Program-made: the position numbers and the translations under genes
The notes under the pieces: model-generated
Told to the model about the DNA's origin: nothing
Databases searched by the model: none
Seen by the model: only the letters and a program-made list of their open reading frames with translations
DNA from: Myxococcota bacterium
Lineage (GTDB): Bacteria > Myxococcota_A > Polyangia > Nannocystales > Nannocystaceae
DNA length: 64,000 nt
Direction: 5' to 3'
Assembly: GCA_039194325.1 (NCBI GenBank)
Contig: JBCCWC010000010.1
Coordinates: 71,020 to 135,019 of the forward strand
Part shown: positions 19,945-29,422 of the stretch, piece after piece
Position numbering within the stretch: position 1 is the first letter of the stretch
How the letters are laid out: every line of letters starts with the position of its first letter

Positions 19945-21765
19945 GTGTGGTCGATTAGTCGTATTTTCGGTCTCGGAATCCCCATCACGCTCGCCGCCCT
20001 AGCGGTCGCCACGCCCCGTGACGCCGACGCGTGCGGTGGCACATTCTGTGATGCGTTCACTCCCGACATGCCCGTCGATCAAACGGGTGAGGTCATCTTG
20101 TTCGCGTCCGACGGCGACTTCGTCGAGGCCCATGTCCAGATCCAGTACGACGGTGGCGACGCGGATCAGTTTGCATGGCTGGTGCCCGTGCCGGCGGTGC
20201 CTGAGATCGAGGTGGGCTCGTGGCGTCTGGTCCAGGGGGCGCTGCAGAGCACGCAGCCGGTCTACAGCCGCGAGGACAACTGGATCTGCGAGGACACGGG
20301 TCCCGATGACGGCACGGTCTTCATTGAGAGTCCCGACGGCGGCGGCGTAAGCCACGAGCCCGACGTCGGGCCCGACGTCATCGCCCAGAGCGTGGTGGGG
20401 GCGTTCGAGTATGCGGTGCTCCAGGGCGGCAGCGCCGACACGATCAACGAGTGGCTAGCCGCCAACGACTACGCGACCGATGCGGAGGCGCCCGAGATCC
20501 TCGACACCTATATCGCCGAAGGCTCGGTGTTCGTGGCCTTTCGGCTGCGGCACGGCGCTCAGGTGGAGGACATCCACCCGGTGGTGATCCGCTACCAGGG
20601 CAACGAGCCCTGCATCCCGCTGCGTCTGACCCGGATCGCAGCCAAGGAGGACATGGACATCACCGCGCTGTTCTTGGGCGACGCGCGCGTGGTGCCCACC
20701 AGCTATCGCCACGTGATGCTCAACCGCGTGCGCCTGAACTGGGCCGCGGGCGGCAGCAACTACGCCGATCTGGTGAGCATGGCCGTCGATTCCCCCGGCG
20801 CCGACGGCCGCGCGTTCGTGACCGAGTATGCGGGTACCTCCGCGGCGGTCGACGGCGAGCTGTGGCTGAGCACCGAGGACTACGACAGCAGCGCGTTCGT
20901 GAACATCGCGATCACCGACGTGGTCAACGAGCTCCAGGGCCAGGGGCTGGCCGCGTGTGACTCGGGGGTGTGCACCTATAACCACGAGCTGGTGCCCTCG
21001 CTGCTGCACGAGTTCATTCCCGTGCCTCCGGGGCTGACCGATGAGGAGTTCTACGGCTGCCTGAGCTGCTACGCTCAGCTCATCGATCTACAGGCGTGGG
21101 ACGGAGCTGCCTTCGCGGCCGCCTACGACGAGCGCATCGTGGCGCCGCTGGACCATGGCCGGGAGCTGCTCGATACGTGGCCCTACCTTACCCGGCTCTA
21201 CACCCGGATCTCGCCCCACGAGATGATTGCCGACCCAATGTTCGCCGAGGTAGAGGGCCTCGCCGATGTGCCCGCCCGGCATGGGGCGAGGCGCGACGCC
21301 GAGTGCTGTGGCTACACCATGCGGTTGCCCGGCGGGCGGGTGGTCTTGTTGGGTGATTACGGCGCCTGGCCCTCGTTCGACGCGCAGATGCCCTGGGCCG
21401 AGCGGATCGAAGAGTATGGGCCCGCGGGCGGAGCCCCGCTGACGCTGGTCAACGACAGCGCGCTCATCGATCAATTGCTCGCCGAGTGGAACGCTCAGGC
21501 GCCGTGCGGTGATGGGATCGGGCCGAGCCCAGGCAACGACGACACGGCTGGCGGTACGCTCGATGGCGGGTCGGCCGAGTGGGGCACGACCTTGGAGGAA
21601 TTGACCTCGGGCGGGACCGGCTCGGGTACCGCGCCCCTCGACGAGGGGGATGGGATCGGGAGCTGCAGCTGCCGTCAACAGCCATCGAGCCCCGGGTCCC
21701 GGTTGTCGTGGTTGCTGTTGTTGCTCGGGCTGGGCGTTCGGACTGCGCGGCGGAGGACGGCCTAA
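19945..21765 (+). CDS. DUF2330 domain protein with a MYXO-CTERM-like sorting tail
   Basis: ADACGGTFCD, QTGE.ILF, FAWLVPVP, IPLRL and FVTEYAG. The C-terminus is CSC...WLLLLLGLGVRTARRR. Confidence 0.88.
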   Translation: MWSISRIFGLGIPITLAALAVATPRDADACGGTFCDAFTPDMPVDQTGEVILFASDGDFVEAHVQIQYDGGDADQFAWLVPVPAVPEIEVGSWRLVQGALQSTQPVYSREDNWICEDTGPDDGTVFIESPDGGGVSHEPDVGPDVIAQSVVGAFEYAVLQGGSADTINEWLAANDYATDAEAPEILDTYIAEGSVFVAFRLRHGAQVEDIHPVVIRYQGNEPCIPLRLTRIAAKEDMDITALFLGDARVVPTSYRHVMLNRVRLNWAAGGSNYADLVSMAVDSPGADGRAFVTEYAGTSAAVDGELWLSTEDYDSSAFVNIAITDVVNELQGQGLAACDSGVCTYNHELVPSLLHEFIPVPPGLTDEEFYGCLSCYAQLIDLQAWDGAAFAAAYDERIVAPLDHGRELLDTWPYLTRLYTRISPHEMIADPMFAEVEGLADVPARHGARRDAECCGYTMRLPGGRVVLLGDYGAWPSFDAQMPWAERIEEYGPAGGAPLTLVNDSALIDQLLAEWNAQAPCGDGIGPSPGNDDTAGGTLDGGSAEWGTTLEELTSGGTGSGTAPLDEGDGIGSCSCRQQPSSPGSRLSWLLLLLGLGVRTARRRTA

Positions 21766-21767
21766 AA

Positions 21768-22730
21768 ATGCGATCCTATGCCGTAACTCCCCTTGTGGCC
21801 CCCCTTGTGGCCCCCCTTATGGCCCCCCTTATGGCTAGTGCGCTGGTCGGGCTCGCTTGCGGGCCGGGTGTCGAGCTCGAGACCGGCGGCGATGCGTCGG
21901 CGGAGACATCGGGCTCGATGAATATGTCGGGCCCGACGGGCTCGGGCTCGATGACGGGCGCCACCGCGAACGCCTCGATGACCGAGCCCGAAGCCTCCAC
22001 CACCAGCGGCGTGGAGCCCGACGCCGAGGGTGGCTATGAGGACGACGGCAGTGGAACCGGCTGCACCTTCACCTGCCCGCCTCCGCCTCCGCCCCCGCCC
22101 GGCGGAGGCACGTGCAACTGCCCCGAGGGGGAAAAATGCATGCCCTGGGCCAACGATGGCGGCATGGAGTGGACCGGTATCCGCTGCTCGCCCGTCGCCA
22201 ACAACCCGGGGCAGCCCGGCGATCCATGCACCGTCGAAGGCAACCAGTGGATCGGCGTCGATGACTGCGACGTCGACGCGATGTGCTGGGTCACCGACCA
22301 CGAGACCAACCAGGGCACGTGCATCGGCTTTTGCTCGTGGTTCGGGAGCGGACCCTGCGACGAAGACTACGAGTGCCAGGCTCAGCCGGGCGATCTGATG
22401 CTGCCGATCTGCGTGCCGATCTGCGATCCGACCGCGCCCGACTGCCCCGACGGCATGGGCTGCTTCCCCGGAGGGGCCTCGTTCACCTGTCAGCCCGCCG
22501 CACAGCGGCGCCTGCCGGTCGGAGCTCCGTGCCCCGATCCCCTCCTGTGCGAAGCCGGCGCGATGTGTGCCTTTGGGCTCGACTGCGGCCAAGGCCCCGG
22601 CGAGGGATGCTGCGCGACGGTCTGCGACACTACCCTGCCCGATCCCTGTCCACTCCCCACGACCTGCACGCCGTGGTTCGGCGAAGCAGGCTCGCCTCAG
22701 TGGGACCACGTGGGCTACTGCGCCCCGTAG
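21768..22730 (+). CDS. Cys-rich secreted lipoprotein, same family as the genes at 28068 and 29423
   Basis: Lipobox GLAC. The motif GEKCMPWANDGG...PG..GDPC.V.G...G.DDCD...MCW is shared with the paralogs. Starts 2 bp after the DUF2330 stop. Confidence 0.8.
   Translation: MRSYAVTPLVAPLVAPLMAPLMASALVGLACGPGVELETGGDASAETSGSMNMSGPTGSGSMTGATANASMTEPEASTTSGVEPDAEGGYEDDGSGTGCTFTCPPPPPPPPGGGTCNCPEGEKCMPWANDGGMEWTGIRCSPVANNPGQPGDPCTVEGNQWIGVDDCDVDAMCWVTDHETNQGTCIGFCSWFGSGPCDEDYECQAQPGDLMLPICVPICDPTAPDCPDGMGCFPGGASFTCQPAAQRRLPVGAPCPDPLLCEAGAMCAFGLDCGQGPGEGCCATVCDTTLPDPCPLPTTCTPWFGEAGSPQWDHVGYCAP
21789..21836 (+). repeat. 12-bp in-frame tandem repeat x4 in the signal peptide
   Basis: CCCCTT(G/A)TGGCC x4, encoding PLVA/PLMA. 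Confidence 0.9.
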
Positions 22731-22892
22731 GGTCCCGATCCGTCCATCCATGCTGGCGCTCGACGCAGCGCGGAACGACTCCGTTGTAGACGATGCGGGG
22801 ATCCTCGGAGCGCGGCGTGATCGTGGCGCACGGAGGATCTTGCCCGGTCCATGCTCGTATTCGAGCACGAGCGTTCTGATTATCTTATAATT

Positions 22893-22911
22893 AATAATGA
22901 AAGTCATTTTC
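22893..22911 (+). promoter_or_regulatory. Fur box
   Basis: AATAATGAAAGTCATTTTC matches GATAATGATAATCATTATC at 15/19 positions. It sits in an AT-rich patch just upstream of a siderophore-interacting gene. Confidence 0.75.
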
Positions 22912-22934
22912 ATTTTCATTAAACTTACCGTGCT

Positions 22935-24035
22935 ATGCACGACGAAACCGGACAGCGCCTTGCTCCGGAGCTCCGCACCCATGCCATGGAGGTCTTCGAG
23001 CAGCTCAACGAAGAGCACCCTGACACCGTGCTGTTCATCTCACGACCGGTCCTACGGCCCGAAGTGGTTCAGGCCAGCCTGGCCGACGTCGACGCGGATG
23101 GAATCGTCGTGTCGGGGCAGACCGAGCACGGTGGGACGGTCGGGGGGCGCCTGGCGTTCGACGAGCGCCCGTCCACCATGCCGGCAGTGCGAGCCCAGCT
23201 GCTGTCGATCTTGGAGCGGACCCGAACGGCGGCCGGTTCGTCTGTACCGTACACCAGCGTCGAGCTCGAGCTTCGAAAGGCCGCCGACCAGGGTCCATGG
23301 CTGGTGCAGGTCAAGCGTTCGAAGAAGCTCAACCCGAGGCTCCTCGAGCTCACCTTCAAGGGAGCGCCACGGGTGTTTACTCCGGTCGGTCTCGACCAAT
23401 CGTTCTATGTTGTCGTTCCCCGCGAGCGGGGACACACTCAGTGGATCACGCCGACGCTTCGCGAGCATGACCTCGACCGCATGCCGGCTGAAGAGCGTCC
23501 CTACGGGGCCTACTATGCTGTGCGTCAGTACCGGCCGGACGACGGCGAGATCGACCTGTGGATCATACTCCATGGCAATGAGGGCACCGTCTCGAACTGG
23601 GCACGTACGGCTCAGCCGGGTGATCGAGCCGCGCTATTCGGGCCGCGGAGCAGCTTCGAGTGGCCCGCGGACGCGCGGCGCGTAATCTTGCTCGGTGACG
23701 AGACGGCCTTTGCCGCGGTCGCGGCGATCGCCGAGTCCATGCCCCTGTCCGTTGACGTCGAGATCTACGTCGAGGCATCTGCCGCGTCGCAGATCATCGA
23801 CTTCGGCCGGAGTGATCGCGTGCGCACTCACTGGTTGTTCCGCGGTGAGGACGCGCCCGGCTCGGGTTCCCGGCTGTTGGATGCGCTCTGCGCCCAGGAG
23901 ATCGACGAAGGGACTCACGTGTTCGCAGCCTGCGAGGCCACCCAGGCCCGCGCGATCCGCCAATATCTGCGGGTCAACTGCGGGCTCCCGCCCGCGCGTC
24001 GACGCGTGACCGCGTACTGGCGGTGGCACGTGTGA
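22935..24035 (+). CDS. Siderophore-interacting protein (ViuB/SIP) with an N-terminal DUF2470-like domain
   Basis: N-terminal LNEEHPD...DVDADGI, YYAVR, HG.EG.VS.WA..AQPGD, GDETAFAA and ACE...R.IR....V.AYWR. Confidence 0.85.
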   Translation: MHDETGQRLAPELRTHAMEVFEQLNEEHPDTVLFISRPVLRPEVVQASLADVDADGIVVSGQTEHGGTVGGRLAFDERPSTMPAVRAQLLSILERTRTAAGSSVPYTSVELELRKAADQGPWLVQVKRSKKLNPRLLELTFKGAPRVFTPVGLDQSFYVVVPRERGHTQWITPTLREHDLDRMPAEERPYGAYYAVRQYRPDDGEIDLWIILHGNEGTVSNWARTAQPGDRAALFGPRSSFEWPADARRVILLGDETAFAAVAAIAESMPLSVDVEIYVEASAASQIIDFGRSDRVRTHWLFRGEDAPGSGSRLLDALCAQEIDEGTHVFAACEATQARAIRQYLRVNCGLPPARRRVTAYWRWHV

Positions 24036-24126
24036 GCCGCTGTGGATGACATGACGGTCGGCGTGCGTGGTCGCCAGCGCTCCTCGTCCTGTGGCGCCGA
24101 CCCGCGAGGACATGGGAGCTGTCGGG

Positions 24127-24987
24127 CTAGAGCGTGACCCACTGCTCGGCGAGATCCCAAAAGCGGCGGGCCTTGTCGTCGTCGAGCGCATCGTCGCTGG
24201 GCGGCACCGCGGCCCAATGCTGGAAGTAGCGCCCTCCTCCGTCGTCGAGCGCGTCGTCGCCGACGAGGCGGGCGAGGTTGGTCGCCGAGTCCTCCAGCGA
24301 GGTGGAAAAGGGCATCAGCGGCAGCACCTTGCTCAGGAAGAACCGCTTGAGCCCGGTAACCCCCTCGGCCGCGGTGGTGGGGACGAACCCAGGGGAGATC
24401 ACGTCGCAACGGATCCCGTCGTTTTGCAGGCGATGGTCGAGCTGCCGCATGACCCACAGCAGCGCGAGCTTGCTGTTCTTGTAGGCGCGGTCCGGGTGGT
24501 AGTGCGCGTCCATGTGTGGGTCGCCGAAGCGGAAGTCGACCCCTGCGCCGCGCCTGCCCGGGCGATGCAACGACGAGCCCAGCGCGACCACCCGACCCGG
24601 CCGGCGGATCGCGTCGACGAGCAGGCGGGTGAGCAGCCACGGGGCCACCGCGTTGACGAAGAGCACCATCTCTACCCCGTCGGCGTTGCGTTGCTGCCGG
24701 GGCGAGGAGAACAGCATGCCCGCGTTGTGTACGAGCACGTCGAGCCGTAGCTCGTCGTCGTGGATCCCGCCGGCCAGCGCTCGAATCGAGGCCTGCGAGG
24801 CGAGCTCGACCGCGCGGCCCTCCACCTCCGCTCCGCGTACGGCACGGCGTAGCGCTCCGACGGCCGCGTCCGCCTTGTCCTGCGTACGCGCCGTCGCGAT
24901 CACGCGATGCCCTGCTTCGAGCAGCTTCTTGGCGGTGGCGAACCCGATCCCTCGGTTGGCCCCGGTCAGGAGGATCGTCTTGCTCAT
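24127..24987 (-). CDS. SDR family oxidoreductase (retinol dehydrogenase/WWOX-like)
   Basis: TGANRGIG, HNAG, YKNSK and SPGFVP.T. Alternative start at 25020. Confidence 0.9.
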   Translation of the reverse strand: MSKTILLTGANRGIGFATAKKLLEAGHRVIATARTQDKADAAVGALRRAVRGAEVEGRAVELASQASIRALAGGIHDDELRLDVLVHNAGMLFSSPRQQRNADGVEMVLFVNAVAPWLLTRLLVDAIRRPGRVVALGSSLHRPGRRGAGVDFRFGDPHMDAHYHPDRAYKNSKLALLWVMRQLDHRLQNDGIRCDVISPGFVPTTAAEGVTGLKRFFLSKVLPLMPFSTSLEDSATNLARLVGDDALDDGGGRYFQHWAAVPPSDDALDDDKARRFWDLAEQWVTL

Positions 24988-25197
24988 CTGAAGTCGTGGC
25001 TCGGGGGGAGTGTAGGTCATCACGTCTGTGCGGGGCTCGAGCTCCACGCGCCTCCGACCTGGGCAACCACGCCGCCGCTTAGGATCGCTCGGGATCGCTC
25101 GGGGTCGCGGGCCTCGATGAACTCGTGTCATTGGCGGGGGTGACGACGCCAAGGGGAGGTGCGGCGTGGAACCGCCGCTCTGACCAGGAAAACGACC

Positions 25198-25836
25198 ATG
25201 TCTACGACTGGCAAGACGCCCATCTCCTCGACTCTCCTTGGCCGCTGCGCGTGCGTATGCGCGGCTTCGATCGCGCTGTGCATGCAGGGGATCGACCCCG
25301 CGGCCGCATCGCTCGATGGCAACACCGAGAGCAATACTGCCGTCTCAGGGTACGCCGGTAGTGCTTCGGAGGCGGTCCACGTCTCGCTCGGCGACCGCGG
25401 GATCACCGAGATCGCGTGGGAGGAGCTCGAAGATCGCGGCTGCTTCATTTCCGTCACCGGCAAGGACCCCGACAACGCCGCGGATACCTCGACGTCGGTC
25501 AACGGCGATCACTGCCACGGGATCTCCCGCGTCGATTCCCGCAAGACCGTGAAGTTCAAGGACAACCCTCGCTATTTCGTGCGCGGTATCGCGGTGTGCA
25601 CCAACAACAAGAGCAACCACCGCCTCAAGGGCATCAAGGTCGTCGCCGCCAAGCTGCCCGCGGGCAACGACGATGTTCAGACCCTGACGGTGACCAACAA
25701 AAAGGACCGCACCAACTGCAAGAACTGGCACCAGACCGTGTACTGCCCCTCGAACAAGGTGGCCAGCGGCCTGAACGTCAAGGTCAAAGACAGCGCGTTC
25801 GTCGGGATCGGGCTCGAGTGCAAGGCACGCGACTGA
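25198..25836 (+). CDS. Secreted hypothetical protein, Lys/Asn/Cys-rich
   Basis: ATG preceded by AGGAAA, signal-peptide-like N-terminus, and strong GC3 codon bias. Confidence 0.7.
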   Translation: MSTTGKTPISSTLLGRCACVCAASIALCMQGIDPAAASLDGNTESNTAVSGYAGSASEAVHVSLGDRGITEIAWEELEDRGCFISVTGKDPDNAADTSTSVNGDHCHGISRVDSRKTVKFKDNPRYFVRGIAVCTNNKSNHRLKGIKVVAAKLPAGNDDVQTLTVTNKKDRTNCKNWHQTVYCPSNKVASGLNVKVKDSAFVGIGLECKARD

Positions 25837-25905
25837 CGGTGAGCTCGACCGGCGTCGAAAGCTCGTGGTGAATCCCCCGGGCGGACTGTCGCTGCCGCTG
25901 CCGCT

Positions 25906-26091
25906 CGGCTACCGACGCGAGCGCCAGTGCTCCGCCACACCTCGCTCGCGGTGCACCGTCTGCCCCATTATCGGTGATAGCAGCTGGATCCCCTGCGACT
26001 CGGAGATGTTCATCAAGTGCCGGATCGGCTGATCCCAAGCATGTAGCGCGAGATTGAACGTACCTCAGTGCACGGGCATCATCGTCTTGGC
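25906..26091 (-). pseudogene. Diverged duplicate of the last ~186 bp of the MBL hydrolase gene
   Basis: Aligns ungapped to 26403-26588 with 14 substitutions by manual count. A TGG->TGA nonsense change falls in HWGTF. Confidence 0.9.
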
Positions 26092-26166
26092 ACGGCGAGG
26101 GCAAGTTTCGGCTGTACCGGCGCGCGGTCGACTAGGAGCACCCCACGCTAGGGTGCTCGGGCAAAG

Positions 26167-26236
26167 GTCCGCTGATCCATGTCCGCTGATCCATGTCCGC
26201 TGATCCATGTCCGCTGATCCATGTCCGCTGATCCAT
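26167..26236. repeat. Perfect 14-bp tandem repeat x5
   Basis: GTCCGCTGATCCAT x5 with no spacers. Confidence 0.95.
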
Positions 26237-26297
26237 GCCGAGGACCGAAGGTTGCTTTTCCCGGTATGGGTGAGCGGAGCCCGGGTTACTCGGGCTT

Positions 26298-26434
26298 GTC
26301 CTCGGCCTGGCACTGGAAGTGGCGCTCGCCCGGCTACCGTCGCGAGCGCCAGTACTCCGCCAGGTCTTCGTCCTCGTCCTGGCACTGGAAGTGGCGCTCG
26401 CCCGGCTACCGTCGCGAGCGCCAGTACTCCGCCA
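26298..26434. repeat. 65-bp direct repeat (period 72) containing the MBL gene stop codon
   Basis: 26298-26362 versus 26370-26434, one mismatch. Confidence 0.9.
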
Positions 26435-27512
26435 CGCCTTGTTCGCGGTGCACCGTCTGCCCCATCATCGGTGACAGCAGCTGGATCCCCTGCGACTCGG
26501 CGATGTCCATCAAGTGCCGGATCGGCTGATCCCAAGCGTGTAATGCGAGATTGAACGTACCCCAGTGCACCGGCATCATCGTCTTGGCCCGCACCAGTCG
26601 ATGGGCCGTGGCCGCGTTTTGTGGGCCGAGGTGGATGCTGCCCCAGGCGGGGTGCCAGGCTCCGATCTCGATCATGCTCAGATCGAAGCCGCCGAAGCGA
26701 TCGCCGATCTCCTCGAACGCTTGCTCCCACAGCCCGGTGTCCCCCGAAAACCACACCGAGTGCTTGGGCCCTCGCAGCGCCCAGCTCGACCAGAACGTGG
26801 CCGACGACGCCCCGGGCCCGCGCCCGGCAAAGTGCCGCGACGGCGTCGCGGTCACGTGCAAGCCGCCGAGCTCCGCGTCCTCCCACCACGACAGCTCGGT
26901 GATCCGCTCGGCCGGAACGCCCCAGCTCTCGAGGTGAGCGCCAACGCCCAACGACGTGACCCACGGAGTCTCGCGGTGGGCGAGCCGGGAGATCGTGGGG
27001 AAGTCCAGGTGATCGTAGTGATCGTGGGACACCACGATCAGATCCAGCGGCGGGAGCTGCTCGGGCTCGACCGGCACCGGGTGGAAGCGCTTGGGCCCCA
27101 GCCACGACACGGGCGCGGCGCGGGGGCCAAACACGGGATCGGTGAGCACGAGCCGGCCGTCGATCTCCAGCAGCATCGTGCTGTGGCCCAGCCAGGTCAC
27201 GCGGAGCGCTTCGCCGCGGCCGGCAACGAGCGAGCTCGGCTCGGGGTGCACCAGGGGAAACGGGTCCCGGGGCTCGCGCTCGGTGCGGTTGAAGGCATAC
27301 TCCCACAAGAGGCCCAGGCTCGGCTTGGCGGCCGCGGTCTCGACCGGGTTGTCGAAGCGCTTGCCGTCGAAGAACGGTGAGTCTTGGATCCGCTCCAGCC
27401 GAGCGCCCTCGACCTTGCCGCCGAGCGCGGCGAACCCCGGCTTCGCGCCGCAGCTGCGGGCGCCCGTCGCCTGGGCCAGAGATTCCTCAAGGACCTCACC
27501 TTGCCAGCTCAT
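26406..27512 (-). CDS. MBL-fold metallo-hydrolase (RomA/NAPE-PLD-like)
   Basis: TWLGHST, TDPVF, SHDHYDHLD, FSGDTG, IGAW and PVHWGTF. Confidence 0.92.
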   Translation of the reverse strand: MSWQGEVLEESLAQATGARSCGAKPGFAALGGKVEGARLERIQDSPFFDGKRFDNPVETAAAKPSLGLLWEYAFNRTEREPRDPFPLVHPEPSSLVAGRGEALRVTWLGHSTMLLEIDGRLVLTDPVFGPRAAPVSWLGPKRFHPVPVEPEQLPPLDLIVVSHDHYDHLDFPTISRLAHRETPWVTSLGVGAHLESWGVPAERITELSWWEDAELGGLHVTATPSRHFAGRGPGASSATFWSSWALRGPKHSVWFSGDTGLWEQAFEEIGDRFGGFDLSMIEIGAWHPAWGSIHLGPQNAATAHRLVRAKTMMPVHWGTFNLALHAWDQPIRHLMDIAESQGIQLLSPMMGQTVHREQGVAEYWRSRR

Positions 27513-28067
27513 GGGCGTAGTTTACGCCAGGGCATCGCGCGGACCCGTCGGCGGTGAGTGTGGGTTTGCGTGCTCGCGCGGATCGGGAACGCGATCGAAA
27601 AAAATGAGGCGACGCTGAACAAAATCCCGCGCGGAGTCGACTCCTAGGGTGACGGTTCACTGACCGGCGAGCAGGCTCGCCGAGTCCGCGGCGATGGTCG
27701 CAAAAGAACGGCATCGAACGATCGCGAGATGTCGTCGCAGGCTCTCGGACCGGTCATCCACGCTCGCTCGGGTGAGGGTCTCGTTGCAGCAACGAGTCCC
27801 TGCCCCGAGCGAGCCGGTATTTTTGGGATCGAGCAAGGCGGTTTCCCGGCCTGAGTCGGTTGTTGCTTGCCCCCCGAGCGCAGCGGTCCTTCAGTGGAGC
27901 CTCGCGGGTGGCGACTTGTCCCATTGGTGCCATAGACCGGCGCAAAAAGCGCAGGTGTCCATTTTCTGTGGATTTTCTCACAGATACGAATGGAGAATCT
28001 CCGTGCGTCCACGCCGCTCCGGGTTCATCACTGGTGGGTCGCGGTGCCAACGCCGCGTAATTTGTTG

Positions 28068-29180
28068 ATGACTGCCTACCGCCCTTGTTCGTTCATCCCT
28101 GCGCTTGCATCCACCGGTTTTGCCGCCCTGTGCCTGCTGGGCTGTCCTCTCGACCCGTTGCCGGCCGACGAGTCGAGTTCGGGCGAGGTGGTGACCGGCT
28201 CTCCTGGGGGTGCGTGCATTCCCGGGCAGCAGATCACCTGCCCGTGTCCGGGTGGTGGTGATGGCGTGCAGATCTGCATGCAAAATGGCGCTGGGTACGG
28301 GCCCTGCCAGTGTGACGTGGTGGGTGACGACACCACCACCGGGCCCGGCGAGTCCGACTCGACCACCACCGTCGTAACGACGACGACGACGGCGACCACG
28401 ACCACGACGACCGACACCTCCGGGACGACCGACACCGGCGATTCCGGGTCGAGCGAGTCGACCACCGGCCCCTCCGTGTGTGACATGTACATGGGAGATC
28501 CGGGGAACCCGAATCTGGAGTGCGATCTATACCTGCAAGACTGCCCGGTTGGTGAGAAATGCATGCCGTGGGGCAACGACGGTGGCACCTGGAACGCGAC
28601 GCGCTGCTCTCCGGTCGAGCCCATGCCCGGCCAGGTTGGTGATCCGTGCTTGGTGCAGGGATCGGCGGCCACGGGCCTCGACGATTGTGATCTCGGGACC
28701 ATGTGCTGGGATGTCGATCCCAAGACCAACATGGGGGAGTGCATCGAGCTTTGCAATGGTTGCCCCGATGAGCAGTACTGCGATGGCCCGAGCGCGACAT
28801 GCTTTGTCGCGAATAATGGGATCTTGCCATTATGTATTGGGACCTGTGATCCGCTGATCCAGGACTGTTCCGAAGGCCAAGCTTGTTACCCTGTCGGCAA
28901 TGCGTTCATATGCGGCCCCGATGCCTCCGGGCGAATGGGGGTCTACGGTGATCCCTGCGAGTTCATCAACGTCTGTGACCCGGGTCTGTCGTGCCAGCCC
29001 GTGGCCACGGTCCCGGGTTGTATAGGAGCGCTCGGTTGCTGCACCGAGTATTGCGACCTGACCGACCCGGCCGGTGATGCCCAGTGTACGGGCGCGCCCG
29101 CCGGCCAGACCTGCCAGCCTTGGGTCCCCATGGGCATGCCTGTGGCAGGCTATGAGGATGTGGGGATCTGTTCACTGTGA
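28068..29180 (+). CDS. Cys-rich lipoprotein, tandem paralog A
   Basis: Lipobox LLGC, Thr-rich linker and a Cys-rich C-terminal domain. Highly similar to 29423-30517. Confidence 0.85.
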   Translation: MTAYRPCSFIPALASTGFAALCLLGCPLDPLPADESSSGEVVTGSPGGACIPGQQITCPCPGGGDGVQICMQNGAGYGPCQCDVVGDDTTTGPGESDSTTTVVTTTTTATTTTTTDTSGTTDTGDSGSSESTTGPSVCDMYMGDPGNPNLECDLYLQDCPVGEKCMPWGNDGGTWNATRCSPVEPMPGQVGDPCLVQGSAATGLDDCDLGTMCWDVDPKTNMGECIELCNGCPDEQYCDGPSATCFVANNGILPLCIGTCDPLIQDCSEGQACYPVGNAFICGPDASGRMGVYGDPCEFINVCDPGLSCQPVATVPGCIGALGCCTEYCDLTDPAGDAQCTGAPAGQTCQPWVPMGMPVAGYEDVGICSL

Positions 29181-29285
29181 GCCCAGGCGATTAGGCCTCG
29201 CCTGACTCGGGCTAGGTGGCCTCAGTAGGCCCTTCGGTGGGTTCGGCGGGTTGCGTGGATCGGTCGGACGCCGCCGTCTGCTCCG
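29181..29285 (-). pseudogene. Degenerate duplicate of the DyP gene 3' end
   Basis: CCAGGCGATTAGGCCTCGCCTGACTCGGGCTAGGTGGCCTCAGTAGGCCC matches 30520-30570. The rest resembles ~30700-30757 with the repeat tract absent. Confidence 0.75.
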
Positions 29286-29322
29286 CGAGTCACCAAAATA
29301 GTGCAAAATGCGCTCTTTGCTT

Positions 29323-29344
29323 ATTTGTGATAATTATCACAAAT
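29323..29344. promoter_or_regulatory. Perfect 22-bp palindrome, CRP/FNR-family-type site (TGTGA-N6-TCACA)
   Basis: ATTTGTGATAA|TTATCACAAAT in an AT-rich spacer upstream of paralog B. Confidence 0.6.
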
Positions 29345-29422
29345 TAAAGCAAGAGATCTTGGCTCGTTCTTACCATTACTAGTTCATTAATGATAGTTAA
29401 GTTGGTAATGCGTCATATTCTA

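Noticed and set aside
26167..26236. CRISPR array
   Set aside because: The 14-bp units are directly adjacent, with no spacers and no cas genes.
25906..26588. Diversity-generating retroelement TR/VR pair
   Set aside because: The 14 differences are not adenine-specific on either strand and there is no reverse transcriptase in the window. The same applies to the 54004/57596 repeat pair.
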